Shown here piece after piece: positions 9,770-19,753 of a stretch of DNA of 37,397 nt (its first letter is position 1; the number at the start of each line of letters is the position of its first letter). The stretch covers positions 1 to 37,397 of the forward strand of contig LT649326.1 in NCBI GenBank assembly GCA_900128395.1. Reading direction: 5' to 3'. A model generated the notes under the pieces. It saw nothing but the letters and a program-made list of their open reading frames with translations. It was not told the origin of the DNA and made no database searches. The translations under genes were made by a program, and so were the position numbers. This DNA is from Stramenopiles sp. TOSAG23-2 (lineage: Eukaryota).

Positions 9770-12013
9770 TTAATAATTAGCACCCCATTCTTCATCACCA
9801 TAATCAACTTTATCCCCACTACCACTACCACTACCATTCTCTAAATCATCTTCTTCACTTGATGGTTCATCCTTATACTTTCCAAATTTACTAGTAGCAC
9901 TCATTCCACCACCACGATAGCCACCTGTATAATCGCTGCGCCTATTATGATCAAAGCTATCTGTACCAAATTTACTAGTAGCACTCATTCCACCACCACG
10001 ATAGCCACCTGTATAATCGCTGCGCCTATTATGATCAAAGCTATCTGTATTTAAACTACGTGTATCAAAACCATCTTTGGTTTGGCGATTATTTCTATTA
10101 TTACGACGACCGCCAATTGAATTTTTAATAATACGATCACGACCAGAATTACGATCATCGCCACCAAAATCATTATCTGTATCATCGTCGCTACTTCCAA
10201 ATAAATAACCACCTGATTCTCCATTACTTCTTCTAGTCGTGCGCATATCTCCACGTGCATTTAAACTTATTCCAATATCTTCATCATCTTCAAAGTCTGT
10301 TGTTAAAAAATTTGGTGATTTTTTACCACACATACCATTACAGGTAAGACTTACGATAAAAATTAATACAAAGAACCATGACGAGGCGAAAAATACATGA
10401 GAAAATATTGGATATATTTTAACCATTTGGATCAACAACAACGCAACTTGTGACATTGTACAATGCTTCATGCCTTTACCAATGTTGACACCTTTTTCGT
10501 TCAATACAATACCTTCAAGATCATTTTCCAAAGTGCATCGTTTAACTTTCACAGTACCTTTTGCACCTGGTACTGCCATATCATCACTAAAGTGCTGTGG
10601 ACCAAAGGTAGTGTATTGTGGAGCAATGGAACCAAGTTGCACAATAATTGCCAGGCTTATAAACATAAAAATAGCACTTAAGACTAAAACAGCAGTGCCA
10701 CTTGATTGTTTCTTACGATAGCTGTATACTGAGCAACATAGACAACGTATACCCATTCTAGTCAAACCGACGAAAGATGCCAACGCTAAATAAATTAAGC
10801 ATATACCAAGCAAAACTAAATCTAATGGGAAAGAACTTGCTAAATCTACTAATAAATGATCCAATGGGTTATACATACGTTTTTTATGCACTAAGGTTCC
10901 TAAATATCCTGTATTCATCGCACATAAAATACCATTTGGATCATCTAAACATGCTTTTGGCACATGACCTTTCCCATTTGCCTGTTGCCCTTTCGTTGTT
11001 GCTTTGCTATTTTTATTACCACCTGGATGACCCATTGCTTTCAAGTCATTGCTGCTAACACCACTGCCTAATCCGGTATCATTCGCACTTAAAAGTAAGG
11101 CGGATGTAATTAAAATCGATACCAATAATAAAAACATACCTAATATCACTTTTGAACGTTTACCACATCCGTTTAATGCCCCGTACCCACCCCCAAATGT
11201 ACTTGCATCTTGTAAATCTTGCAATGCTTGCGTATGCCTTTTTAATGCATGGGATTTACGCTTCAATTTAATTGCACTTGCTTTTTCATATTCGCTAGTA
11301 TAACTTGATGATTTGCGTTTCATTTCAAGTGTTCTTTCCCTTGATTTAATTTTCAACAATTTAGTTTCTATTTCTAAACGCTCTTCTTCTAATGAACGGT
11401 AGCCTCTAATCAAATTCAATGGAATCACTGCAAGTCCATACGCAGTAAATGTCATCCATGCGCATACACCCGCACTGGATAACATCCCTACTACAAATAA
11501 CATAGCAGATGCACCTGCATGTTTTGTATCAAATAATTTATTTGCCCAATGTTGTGTATCAGCTTCTTTCGCCCATTTTGTATGGCCAGGTCGAAATGCA
11601 AGACCAAGTAAAAATGCTGTTAACAAACCAGCAGCAAATATCGTCGTCCGTTTCATTGCACTAGCAAAACGTTGGCAACAACCTATTTCATTTGAATTTT
11701 GACGGTAAAAAAATATAGTAAATGGAATCACAATACCAATATACCCTGCTATCGTCGAAAATATAGTGTAATATAATTGTTTCACATTATCTGACGCAGT
11801 TTTATATTGACTAGTGGAAACATGCGTCGCTACGTATAAATCAAACGGTGGCATGGCACAACACGCAAAAGCAACGATCAAAGATGTTGTTGCAGTAAAC
11901 ACAACAAATGGATGCTTTTCTGGTCCATCTTTTAGAAAGTATTGTACCGTTTGGTATGAAACAAAAATAATTATTAAAAAAATTACAATAACTGATACGG
12001 AAAAGATTAGCAT
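9770..12013 (-). CDS. LMBR1-family multi-pass membrane protein, LMBRD1-like (lysosomal cobalamin export escort)
   Basis: Many hydrophobic helices; TAYGLAVIPLNLIRG, NPLD...FPLD and APQYTTFG.Q motifs resemble LMBRD1. Long acidic, Gly-rich C-tail. Confidence 0.8.
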   Translation of the reverse strand: MLIFSVSVIVIFLIIIFVSYQTVQYFLKDGPEKHPFVVFTATTSLIVAFACCAMPPFDLYVATHVSTSQYKTASDNVKQLYYTIFSTIAGYIGIVIPFTIFFYRQNSNEIGCCQRFASAMKRTTIFAAGLLTAFLLGLAFRPGHTKWAKEADTQHWANKLFDTKHAGASAMLFVVGMLSSAGVCAWMTFTAYGLAVIPLNLIRGYRSLEEERLEIETKLLKIKSRERTLEMKRKSSSYTSEYEKASAIKLKRKSHALKRHTQALQDLQDASTFGGGYGALNGCGKRSKVILGMFLLLVSILITSALLLSANDTGLGSGVSSNDLKAMGHPGGNKNSKATTKGQQANGKGHVPKACLDDPNGILCAMNTGYLGTLVHKKRMYNPLDHLLVDLASSFPLDLVLLGICLIYLALASFVGLTRMGIRCLCCSVYSYRKKQSSGTAVLVLSAIFMFISLAIIVQLGSIAPQYTTFGPQHFSDDMAVPGAKGTVKVKRCTLENDLEGIVLNEKGVNIGKGMKHCTMSQVALLLIQMVKIYPIFSHVFFASSWFFVLIFIVSLTCNGMCGKKSPNFLTTDFEDDEDIGISLNARGDMRTTRRSNGESGGYLFGSSDDDTDNDFGGDDRNSGRDRIIKNSIGGRRNNRNNRQTKDGFDTRSLNTDSFDHNRRSDYTGGYRGGGMSATSKFGTDSFDHNRRSDYTGGYRGGGMSATSKFGKYKDEPSSEEDDLENGSGSGSGDKVDYGDEEWGANY
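9882..10049. repeat. Perfect in-frame 84-bp tandem duplication (28 aa)
   Basis: TDSFDHNRRSDYTGGYRGGGMSATSKFG occurs twice; DNA copies at 9882 and 9966. Confidence 0.95.
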
Positions 12014-12502
12014 ATTATTTTAATTTTTTTTAATAAATAATATATATATATATATAAATTATTAGTTGTAATATTTACGTAAAATTGTAAATATATATAT
12101 ATATATATATATCTAAATTGAAATTATAAATATATAATAATTGATTCTTAGTAATTATTGTATGTTTGTTCTTTAGTTGGTAATGTTTGTCTATATGATG
12201 ATAAACGAGAAACTCAATATTAATTTTTTTGGGAGATATATATATATTTTAACTGTATCATCACTATTATTACATGTGATGATGGGATGATCATCACAAT
12301 ATTAGTACTAATATGTAGGAGTTAGAAATTGTATTACAGATGTAGTAGTTATATTGTGCTATTTGGTTTTTCAAAGTATAAAAGTATTAAAATAGACGAC
12401 TACTAAAATAATATAGTCTAAGAATTTACCAGGTACATAGTATTAATATTATAGTATTATAGTGGGTCTGGCAGTGTTTTAGTTTTAGTGAAAAATAAAA
12501 AT

Positions 12503-12562
12503 AGCTGGAAAGTTGGAAAGCCTGGAAAGCCAGAAAGCGGAAAGCTGGAAAGCTGGAAAGCC
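12503..12562. promoter_or_regulatory. Tandem array of about 7 AGCTGGAA-like units in a divergent intergenic region
   Basis: agctggaa agttggaa agcctggaa agccagaa agcggaa agctggaa agctggaa agcc. The reverse-complement motif recurs at 30991-31141. The regulatory role is inferred from position only. Confidence 0.5.
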
Positions 12563-12798
12563 ATAATAGTGTACTATACTAATAAACATATTATAGCTGG
12601 ATAGCCAGGCGGCTAGAGCTAGTATTCCTTTTATGTACATCATACACATGTGGTATGCCAGGTATGCCTGGTATATGCTGCAAATTGTTGCAAAAACAAT
12701 AACGTCTATTACTTCAATAAATAAATAATAATACCTTTCTGTTTAACATTTTTCTAACAAGAAGCGTTTAACAATAATACTTAGGGACAAAATACAAG

Positions 12799-15321
12799 AT
12801 GGTAGATGTGGATAAGAAGCATTTCCATTGGAAATCGCTGAAATATGATGGTGATCCATCGTCAAGGCCAGTGGAAGGACCATCTTTTACATCAATTGTC
12901 CCACGTTTTTTATTGCGAATTGAAGTATATAATAACGTGGAAGATAAAGTACCAATTGCTGTTGAAAGATGTCATAAATATGGTTTAAATGTCATTGGTA
13001 CATCACCGATGGATTCAACATATCGCTTACAACATCCTACCGTAGACGCTGTCCATGCAATAATAGCAATACATGAAAGCGATAATGATAATACATGTAT
13101 ATTATATGATTTCAAAAGTTTTAGAGGCACTTATGTTGGTACAATACGCTTTAAAACATTTGTAGCAAGAAAAATAAAACCATTTTATCCAATAGTATTA
13201 AAAGAAAAAACGGCAATTAAATTTGGTGGCGACCCAAAAATATATCTAATAAAAGGTGTACATAATCCTATAAGCAATGTGAAAACTGATAGAAATACAA
13301 CGAATGATGCTATACGACAATTTAGAATCGGTCCAACATTAGGTAGGGCAAATGAAGAAACGTGGACTGCTAGACATATGAATTCATGGCATTTACGTAG
13401 TAAAATAACATCGAAACTTACATTAAATCAATATGATAAAGTATTTCGAGCGTATAAACATCCAAGACAGGAAGATTTTATTAAAGGAATTGAAGTATTA
13501 TCATGTTTTACTTTTGATTGTTCAAAAATATTACAAGTGATATCAAATTTAAATGCTGATAGAGGTACGAAAACAGCAGCAAAGCGTGATTTATATGAAA
13601 TGGTTAATGTTGCATTTCGAGCTGGCAAATCTACCAAAGATGATAAGCAAGAGAAAGGGAAAAGTCGTCCAACTATCGGAGCATTACGCCGCTTTAAAAT
13701 ATTTTACAAATGTAAAAACATGCAACATGTAAGAGATTTATTACAAAAACTTGCCGATGGTATCGTGGCAACAGAATGGAGGCCAAAAGATGTTGATCAA
13801 AAAGGTATTGGTAAACGAACAGCTTGGAATTGTTTAGATGGGATGTACATGGATGACAATAAGAAGGAAAATATCAATGGAAATAATAACAACACAACGA
13901 CAGTATCAACAGCAATTATATTAAAAGAATCGTTAAAAATACCAAAATCATATTTAATACAATCAGTCGATAAAGATATATTGCGTCCAGAATACTTTCA
14001 ACATGTTCAACAACCAGAATATCCTATGTCTTTGACATTAACACGTAGAGATTTAAATGAAAAATGGGAAAATACTACTGTTAAAACAATCTCATCTAAT
14101 GGTAAAATTATAGATGCAATTGACTTATCTGGTTCTTCTTTAAGTGGTAAAATACCATGTCAAAAAATATTTAAATTACTACAAACAACGCAAAGTAATA
14201 ATTTACGAGTTTTAAGCTTGTCAAATTGTAAATTAATGCCAAAATCTGTTACTATACTTTCCAATGTATTGTTGAATAAAACGAATAAGCAATTATTAGT
14301 CTTACGAATTGGAAATAATCGAATAGTACAAGGTGAAAAAATTGATCCTGGGGATCCAAATTCTACATATCATTACGATTCCTCTGGTATTACTGCATTA
14401 TTTAGTGCATTGGGTAAAAATAAATTTTTACGTGTTTTAGATATTAAACGTAATAATATAGGCCCAAGGGGCGTAAAATTGTTTACTACATGGATGAAAG
14501 GTAATAAATCCTTGACAGAGTTAGATGTATCATCAAATGGCATTGGTAATAAAGGTGCATTAATGTTGGATGGTATGACACGAGGACCAAATAGTACATT
14601 AGCACATTTATTTATCGGTCGTAATCAAATAGAACATCATGGCTTCCATGTTCTCTTTCAACCTCCTGCACCGATACCAGCTTCAAGAGATTTATATGAA
14701 AGGCGTTCTTTGCGTTGTTTATCAACACGTGCAAATAAAGGTTTAACTGGTGAAATGGTAGCAATTTTAGTTACAAATTTAAAATATGGATGGAACGACT
14801 TAGTTGCAATTGATTTTTCATGGTGTACCATCGGTTCACGTGGTGCGACACAATTAACATTTTTGCTTCGTCAATGTAAATGTTTAAAATCATTAAATGT
14901 AGGACATTGTAATTTAACAGATCAAATGACATTTTTTGAACCAATGATCAAGTTAGTAGATTCATTAAAGAGAAACCAAACATTAACTGATTTAGATTTA
15001 TCATACAATAGCCTTGTACATAGAAAATTAGGTTATAAAAACGATGGTGAAGATGTTATTAAACATTTAATTATTTCTTTGGAAGAAAATGCATCTTTAA
15101 TCACTTTAAATTTAAAAGGCAATGCTATAGGCAATGCTATTAGACTTCGATTGCAAAAGTTATGTTTGAAAACGAATCGCTTGCCATTACCAAATCGCAT
15201 AGCATTTTGGATGGTAACCCAACCACGTTTAGGATATAATAGCCCAGCAAAAATTTTGCATCGTGGATTAATTTTGTATATTTTATCTTTTTGTGATAGT
15301 TATCGCGTTATATCTGTTTGA
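12799..15321 (+). CDS. Protein with a divergent N-terminal FHA domain and C-terminal RI-like leucine-rich repeats
   Basis: LQHPTVDAVHAII...LYDFKSFRGTYV is FHA-like. Repeated LxxLxLxxNxIGxxG units (LRVLDIKRNNIGPRG, LTELDVSSNGIGNKG, LTDLDLSYNSL). Confidence 0.8.
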   Translation: MVDVDKKHFHWKSLKYDGDPSSRPVEGPSFTSIVPRFLLRIEVYNNVEDKVPIAVERCHKYGLNVIGTSPMDSTYRLQHPTVDAVHAIIAIHESDNDNTCILYDFKSFRGTYVGTIRFKTFVARKIKPFYPIVLKEKTAIKFGGDPKIYLIKGVHNPISNVKTDRNTTNDAIRQFRIGPTLGRANEETWTARHMNSWHLRSKITSKLTLNQYDKVFRAYKHPRQEDFIKGIEVLSCFTFDCSKILQVISNLNADRGTKTAAKRDLYEMVNVAFRAGKSTKDDKQEKGKSRPTIGALRRFKIFYKCKNMQHVRDLLQKLADGIVATEWRPKDVDQKGIGKRTAWNCLDGMYMDDNKKENINGNNNNTTTVSTAIILKESLKIPKSYLIQSVDKDILRPEYFQHVQQPEYPMSLTLTRRDLNEKWENTTVKTISSNGKIIDAIDLSGSSLSGKIPCQKIFKLLQTTQSNNLRVLSLSNCKLMPKSVTILSNVLLNKTNKQLLVLRIGNNRIVQGEKIDPGDPNSTYHYDSSGITALFSALGKNKFLRVLDIKRNNIGPRGVKLFTTWMKGNKSLTELDVSSNGIGNKGALMLDGMTRGPNSTLAHLFIGRNQIEHHGFHVLFQPPAPIPASRDLYERRSLRCLSTRANKGLTGEMVAILVTNLKYGWNDLVAIDFSWCTIGSRGATQLTFLLRQCKCLKSLNVGHCNLTDQMTFFEPMIKLVDSLKRNQTLTDLDLSYNSLVHRKLGYKNDGEDVIKHLIISLEENASLITLNLKGNAIGNAIRLRLQKLCLKTNRLPLPNRIAFWMVTQPRLGYNSPAKILHRGLILYILSFCDSYRVISV

Positions 15322-15619
15322 GAATGAAAAACGGGAGACGAAATATATACTTAAGAGACGGATCATGTGTAGGTGTATCATATATGCATATGATATTACC
15401 TAAACTTGACGTGTTACAAAAGAGAAAAATTTGTGTTTACACCCGATATACAAACGTCGTGTATATATACGTTCGTAATATTTTGTACTCTCGTAAAAAA
15501 TATTTTTCAGAATTTTTAACAATATCACAAAATACACAATACTTCACTTTATCTCTCTCTAATTTTATACGAAGCTTCTTTACGAGAAACGTAAAAGTTC
15601 TCTTCTAGAAATAAAGTTT

Positions 15620-16717
15620 TTAGCAATAACCTCGATTCCATCCCCTACTCTCTATTTCCTTTAATTGTGACTCCAATACACCTGTTAAATTTTCTGTATC
15701 AGCAAGTATTTGTTTTAATTCTAATAATACTTGTGGTCTGGAACGTTGTGATGGTCTTAAATTTTTTTGCTTTTCCTTATCACTCCCTTCACCTTTTGCC
15801 GCTGCAAACAAACCTTGCGCAATTGCATGTTTTTGTAACTTTGCATGTTCACGTTGAAATATTGCAGTTGATATAATACTTATATCTCCATCTTCCTCAA
15901 TTTTAATCTGTAAATTACCTTCAGCATCAAATATATGTTTGTATTTTTTATCTAAATTTAATACACGAGCGTATTTGGTTGCTTCTTGCGTACGTGAGAT
16001 TAAATCTTGTTGTATTAAACGTTCCTCTTCTGCCATTTGCATTGCAAAGTCTTGCGCTGCTTTTCTTCGTGCAGCTGCTCTACGACGTATATGATCACGT
16101 GAACTGATTGGTCTTTTTTTACTTTCCATTTGTATACGTGCCATGAAATCATTTGCATTTTGTCCAGTCATATTCATTCGAGCAACTAAATTTGCTTGTG
16201 CACTACCGGGCTTCGCATTACGTTTGCCACCCGGTGCAGACGATGGGCGGCCACTGCCGCGACGGCCACTGCGGTTGTTCCTGCGTCTATTATTCGCAGT
16301 TGGATAATGTAAATCATCTCTGCTCCTACTATCACTCATACTATTATTGTTATTACTGTTGTAAGTTGCAGCACTTTTTGGTCTTCGTCTATTACTATTA
16401 TTTTTTTTTGAAGCAGCCATGCGTGAACGTGACTCTTCGATGCGTTTTTGTTCTTGCCTTTCCTTGTAAAATTCACTAAAATTATCTGGATCAATCCCTG
16501 TCAATGGTTGTCCATCCAACATAACTGTATGTGATTTTGCCGTACGCCTTTGTCTTGTTCCACCAGCTGTATTTGGCCGTCTATCGTAATTTACATTAGC
16601 AGGTTTGAAACCTTGCATAATATTACCATTATCTACATATTGTTGTTGTTGCCCAGGAGGACGATTATGTCGAGTGACGACGGCACTCATCGGCCTTTGC
16701 TTTCTTCTACGTGGCAT
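15620..16717 (-). CDS. Hypothetical basic coiled-coil protein with repeated RPx[ST]A motifs
   Basis: Long ORF. The likely start is MPRRRKQ (ATG at 16717) because the upstream part is AT-microsatellite-like. Contains RPMSA, RPNTA, RPKSA and RPSSA. Confidence 0.75.
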   Translation of the reverse strand: MPRRRKQRPMSAVVTRHNRPPGQQQQYVDNGNIMQGFKPANVNYDRRPNTAGGTRQRRTAKSHTVMLDGQPLTGIDPDNFSEFYKERQEQKRIEESRSRMAASKKNNSNRRRPKSAATYNSNNNNSMSDSRSRDDLHYPTANNRRRNNRSGRRGSGRPSSAPGGKRNAKPGSAQANLVARMNMTGQNANDFMARIQMESKKRPISSRDHIRRRAAARRKAAQDFAMQMAEEERLIQQDLISRTQEATKYARVLNLDKKYKHIFDAEGNLQIKIEEDGDISIISTAIFQREHAKLQKHAIAQGLFAAAKGEGSDKEKQKNLRPSQRSRPQVLLELKQILADTENLTGVLESQLKEIESRGWNRGYC

Positions 16718-17285
16718 ATTGTCACTTGTTTGCGTATCTACGTATGTAAGTATGTATATGATTGTGTGTATAATATATATATATTGTTTTGTATCTCTTC
16801 TTATCATTTAATAATCAGAATCAAATAATATTAAATATATGAGGAACGAAAATTTTAACCGTCGTTGATGAGCACGCATGATTTGCACATTATTTGTTGG
16901 CCTTTTGTGTTTTTTTCCTCCTCCTGGTTTTAAAGCTTCTAGCCAAACCAACGTATAATATATGTACTTGGGAATTTAAAGTATACACAAGATATAGGAA
17001 TATCATTATACTCAATCCACCAAAAGCTGATATCCTCACACACTATTTTACAGCAATGATGTGCCGATATTAAATATGTTAATGTAGTAATATCATTATC
17101 CATCATCAATCTGGCGGTAAATTCCTAATTATATTGCATATTACTATCATTTTCAAAAAATATATAGATTTAGATGTACATGTAGAGAATAATAGAAAGA
17201 TATATATATACAAAGCATGATCTATATATACATATATACATAGAAATATACATATCATTATATCAACCAAAGCAGGAAAAAACAG

Positions 17286-18524
17286 ATGGGGAAACGTTCG
17301 AAAGTAGTAGCAAAGAAAAGCAAAACAGATGAGGTACCCAAAAAAAAAGTAAAAACAAATGGTCACCATGCTGCTGAAAATGGTAGTAAAGATAGTGGCA
17401 ACAGTGATAATAGTAAAAGAGGAAGGGCAAAAAAAGATGACCGTAAAAACCCTAGACCTGAAGGCATAGATGCAGATTTATGGCCAGAAGAAGACGATTT
17501 TGTACAATCAGACCTTGCAAATATGAAAATTGTTCGATCGGTATTGATTAAACAGATGAAACGAATTGAACAAGAATTATTTCGTGAAGATCATAATAAT
17601 GAACTAGCTGGAATTCAAACCCAAGTTGAATCTCCAAGCAAAGGACCAATAACAAAACCAAACGATGCTGAAAAGGATACGGGAAATAAAAATAATAATA
17701 ATAATGACAAAGGTCAAAATGCCAGCAGTAGCAGTAGTAGTTCAACAACGACAACAACTACCACTACCACCACCACTACGGCCACGGCGGTGACGACAAC
17801 AACAGCAAACTCAAATGCTCCAACACCAGATTCAGTAAAAGAAAATAAAGATTCTACAACATCTAAATCGAAAACGGAGGATGACAACAAGAAAGAAGAT
17901 GATATGTATGATGAATGGAAACCACCACCATTTAGTGTACCAATTTGTACCGATGTACGTCATTTACCAGTACAGCGTTTGAAAGACCAAATGTTAAAAA
18001 CACGTGGTCAATTGTTCGATGTAATCATGATGGATCCACCATGGCAATTAGCAACTGCTAATCCAACACGTGGTGTAGCAATTGGTTATCAACAATTAGC
18101 TGATTTTCATATTAAAGAATTGCCTGTTCGTGAATTACAAACAGATGGTTTTATCTTTATTTGGGTAATTAATGCTAAATTTAGATTTGCATTGAGTTTG
18201 TTGGAATATTGGGGCTATGAATTAGTAGATGAAATTGTTTGGATAAAACAAACAGTAAATCGTCGAATGGCAAAATCACATGGATTTTATTTACAACATG
18301 CAAAAGAAACTTGTTTAGTTGGAAGGAAAGGAAAACATCCAAAGAATATGGTTGGTGGAATTGCTAGTGATGTGATTTATAGTATACGACGTGGTCAAAG
18401 TCAAAAACCTGAAGAGATTTACAAATATGTTGAGCAACTAGTACCAAATGGACATTATTTAGAAATATTTGGTAGAAGAAACAATTTACATGATTATTGG
18501 GTAACTGTTGGTAATGAATTGTAA
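17286..18524 (+). CDS. AMT1: MT-A70 family N6-adenine methyltransferase, AMT1/MTA1 type (DNA 6mA at ApT)
   Basis: Catalytic DVIMMDPPW followed by PTRGVAIGY, DGFIFIWVINAK, HGFYLQHAKETCL, RGQSQKPEEIY and YLEIFGRRNN. This closely follows ciliate MTA1/AMT1 as I recall it, rather than METTL3. Confidence 0.87.
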   Translation: MGKRSKVVAKKSKTDEVPKKKVKTNGHHAAENGSKDSGNSDNSKRGRAKKDDRKNPRPEGIDADLWPEEDDFVQSDLANMKIVRSVLIKQMKRIEQELFREDHNNELAGIQTQVESPSKGPITKPNDAEKDTGNKNNNNNDKGQNASSSSSSSTTTTTTTTTTTTATAVTTTTANSNAPTPDSVKENKDSTTSKSKTEDDNKKEDDMYDEWKPPPFSVPICTDVRHLPVQRLKDQMLKTRGQLFDVIMMDPPWQLATANPTRGVAIGYQQLADFHIKELPVRELQTDGFIFIWVINAKFRFALSLLEYWGYELVDEIVWIKQTVNRRMAKSHGFYLQHAKETCLVGRKGKHPKNMVGGIASDVIYSIRRGQSQKPEEIYKYVEQLVPNGHYLEIFGRRNNLHDYWVTVGNEL

Positions 18525-19015
18525 TATAAAATGAATGCGCGTATTTGTTTTTGTTGTAATATTATCTATCATATATGCCATAAAATTAATGATTTGATAA
18601 ATGCATAGTATGCATATGCAAATGATAAATATATTTAAAGTTTTCATTATGTATATTTATATAAACGGGGAGATGAATGTAAAATTAGGAAAATATACAT
18701 ATATCACATATCATATAATATTTTAATAAATTGTGTTGTTGAATGGCGCTTGATACACATGCACACATGAGCGTCTTGTTTGATTTTTTAGTTTTTATAT
18801 AGCGTGTGCTCTCTCTCTCACGAGAACAAAAAATATTTTTTCTAGTCGTCTTCACCATATAAAATATATTCCACTTGAATGATATTTTTTAGTAGAGGAG
18901 AGAATATTTTAGTGTTGTACAATGATATATGTATGTTAAAATATTTTATAATAACAAAAATAATTATAAAACTTTTGACTATTTTATATTTATATATATA
19001 TATATAGCTTTTTAT

Positions 19016-19753
19016 TTATTTTGCAGCTGCAGCTTTACGGCTGGATCTACGACTAGAGCGTCTTTTAGCTATTTCAGACAATCTGCTTTGTCTTGCTTCC
19101 TTTTGTCTTTGTGCAAAAAGACGTGCATATTCAGCAGCATCAGCACGGGTTTGTGCTAATTTAGCTTTCTTTGCATTAGCTAAACGACGTTTACGTTGTA
19201 ATACAACTGGTGTCACCAATCTTTGGATTTTTGGTCTTTTTTGGTATGTTTTACCATTCTTTCTTGTTACTTCTCTGGATACAACAAATCTTCGTACATC
19301 ATCCTCTTTTGTTAAGTTGAACAATTTGCGGATTTTATTTGCACGTTTTGGTCCAAGACGACGTGGCTGTGCCTCGTCAGTTAATCCAGCTACTTCACCT
19401 TCACCAACTTCGGATACTACTAAATTTAAGATAGAAATATCTGGTCCAACAATACAACCACGAACACTTTTACGTTTACGTTCACCAGCGCGGCGGGAAC
19501 GGTAGCATGATGCACCTTTTTTCATCAAAAGTGATACACGTTTTTGTGCAAGTACACCTTGTTTCATTGGGAAACCTTGTTTGTCATTACCTCCACTGAT
19601 TCTGAAAACATAACCTTTAAATTCGTCACCTAGTACACCACCATCAACTTCTGCTCCCATACGTAAATCATAGAAAGCAGCAAGTTTTTTTTCATCATCA
19701 ATATCCAACAATTTTTGTTGTGCAGTTGCAGGGTTTGCAATATTAAACTTCAT
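19016..19753 (-). CDS. RPS6: 40S ribosomal protein S6 (eS6)
   Basis: [57 protein letters not shown]-terminal RRSSRRSS phosphorylation tail. Confidence 0.99.
   Translation of the reverse strand: MKFNIANPATAQQKLLDIDDEKKLAAFYDLRMGAEVDGGVLGDEFKGYVFRISGGNDKQGFPMKQGVLAQKRVSLLMKKGASCYRSRRAGERKRKSVRGCIVGPDISILNLVVSEVGEGEVAGLTDEAQPRRLGPKRANKIRKLFNLTKEDDVRRFVVSREVTRKNGKTYQKRPKIQRLVTPVVLQRKRRLANAKKAKLAQTRADAAEYARLFAQRQKEARQSRLSEIAKRRSSRRSSRKAAAAK

Noticed and set aside
16718-16807. N-terminal extension of the 395-aa ORF
   Set aside because: It translates AT-microsatellite-like leader sequence (YIYIIHTIIY); the ATG at 16717 is the more plausible start.
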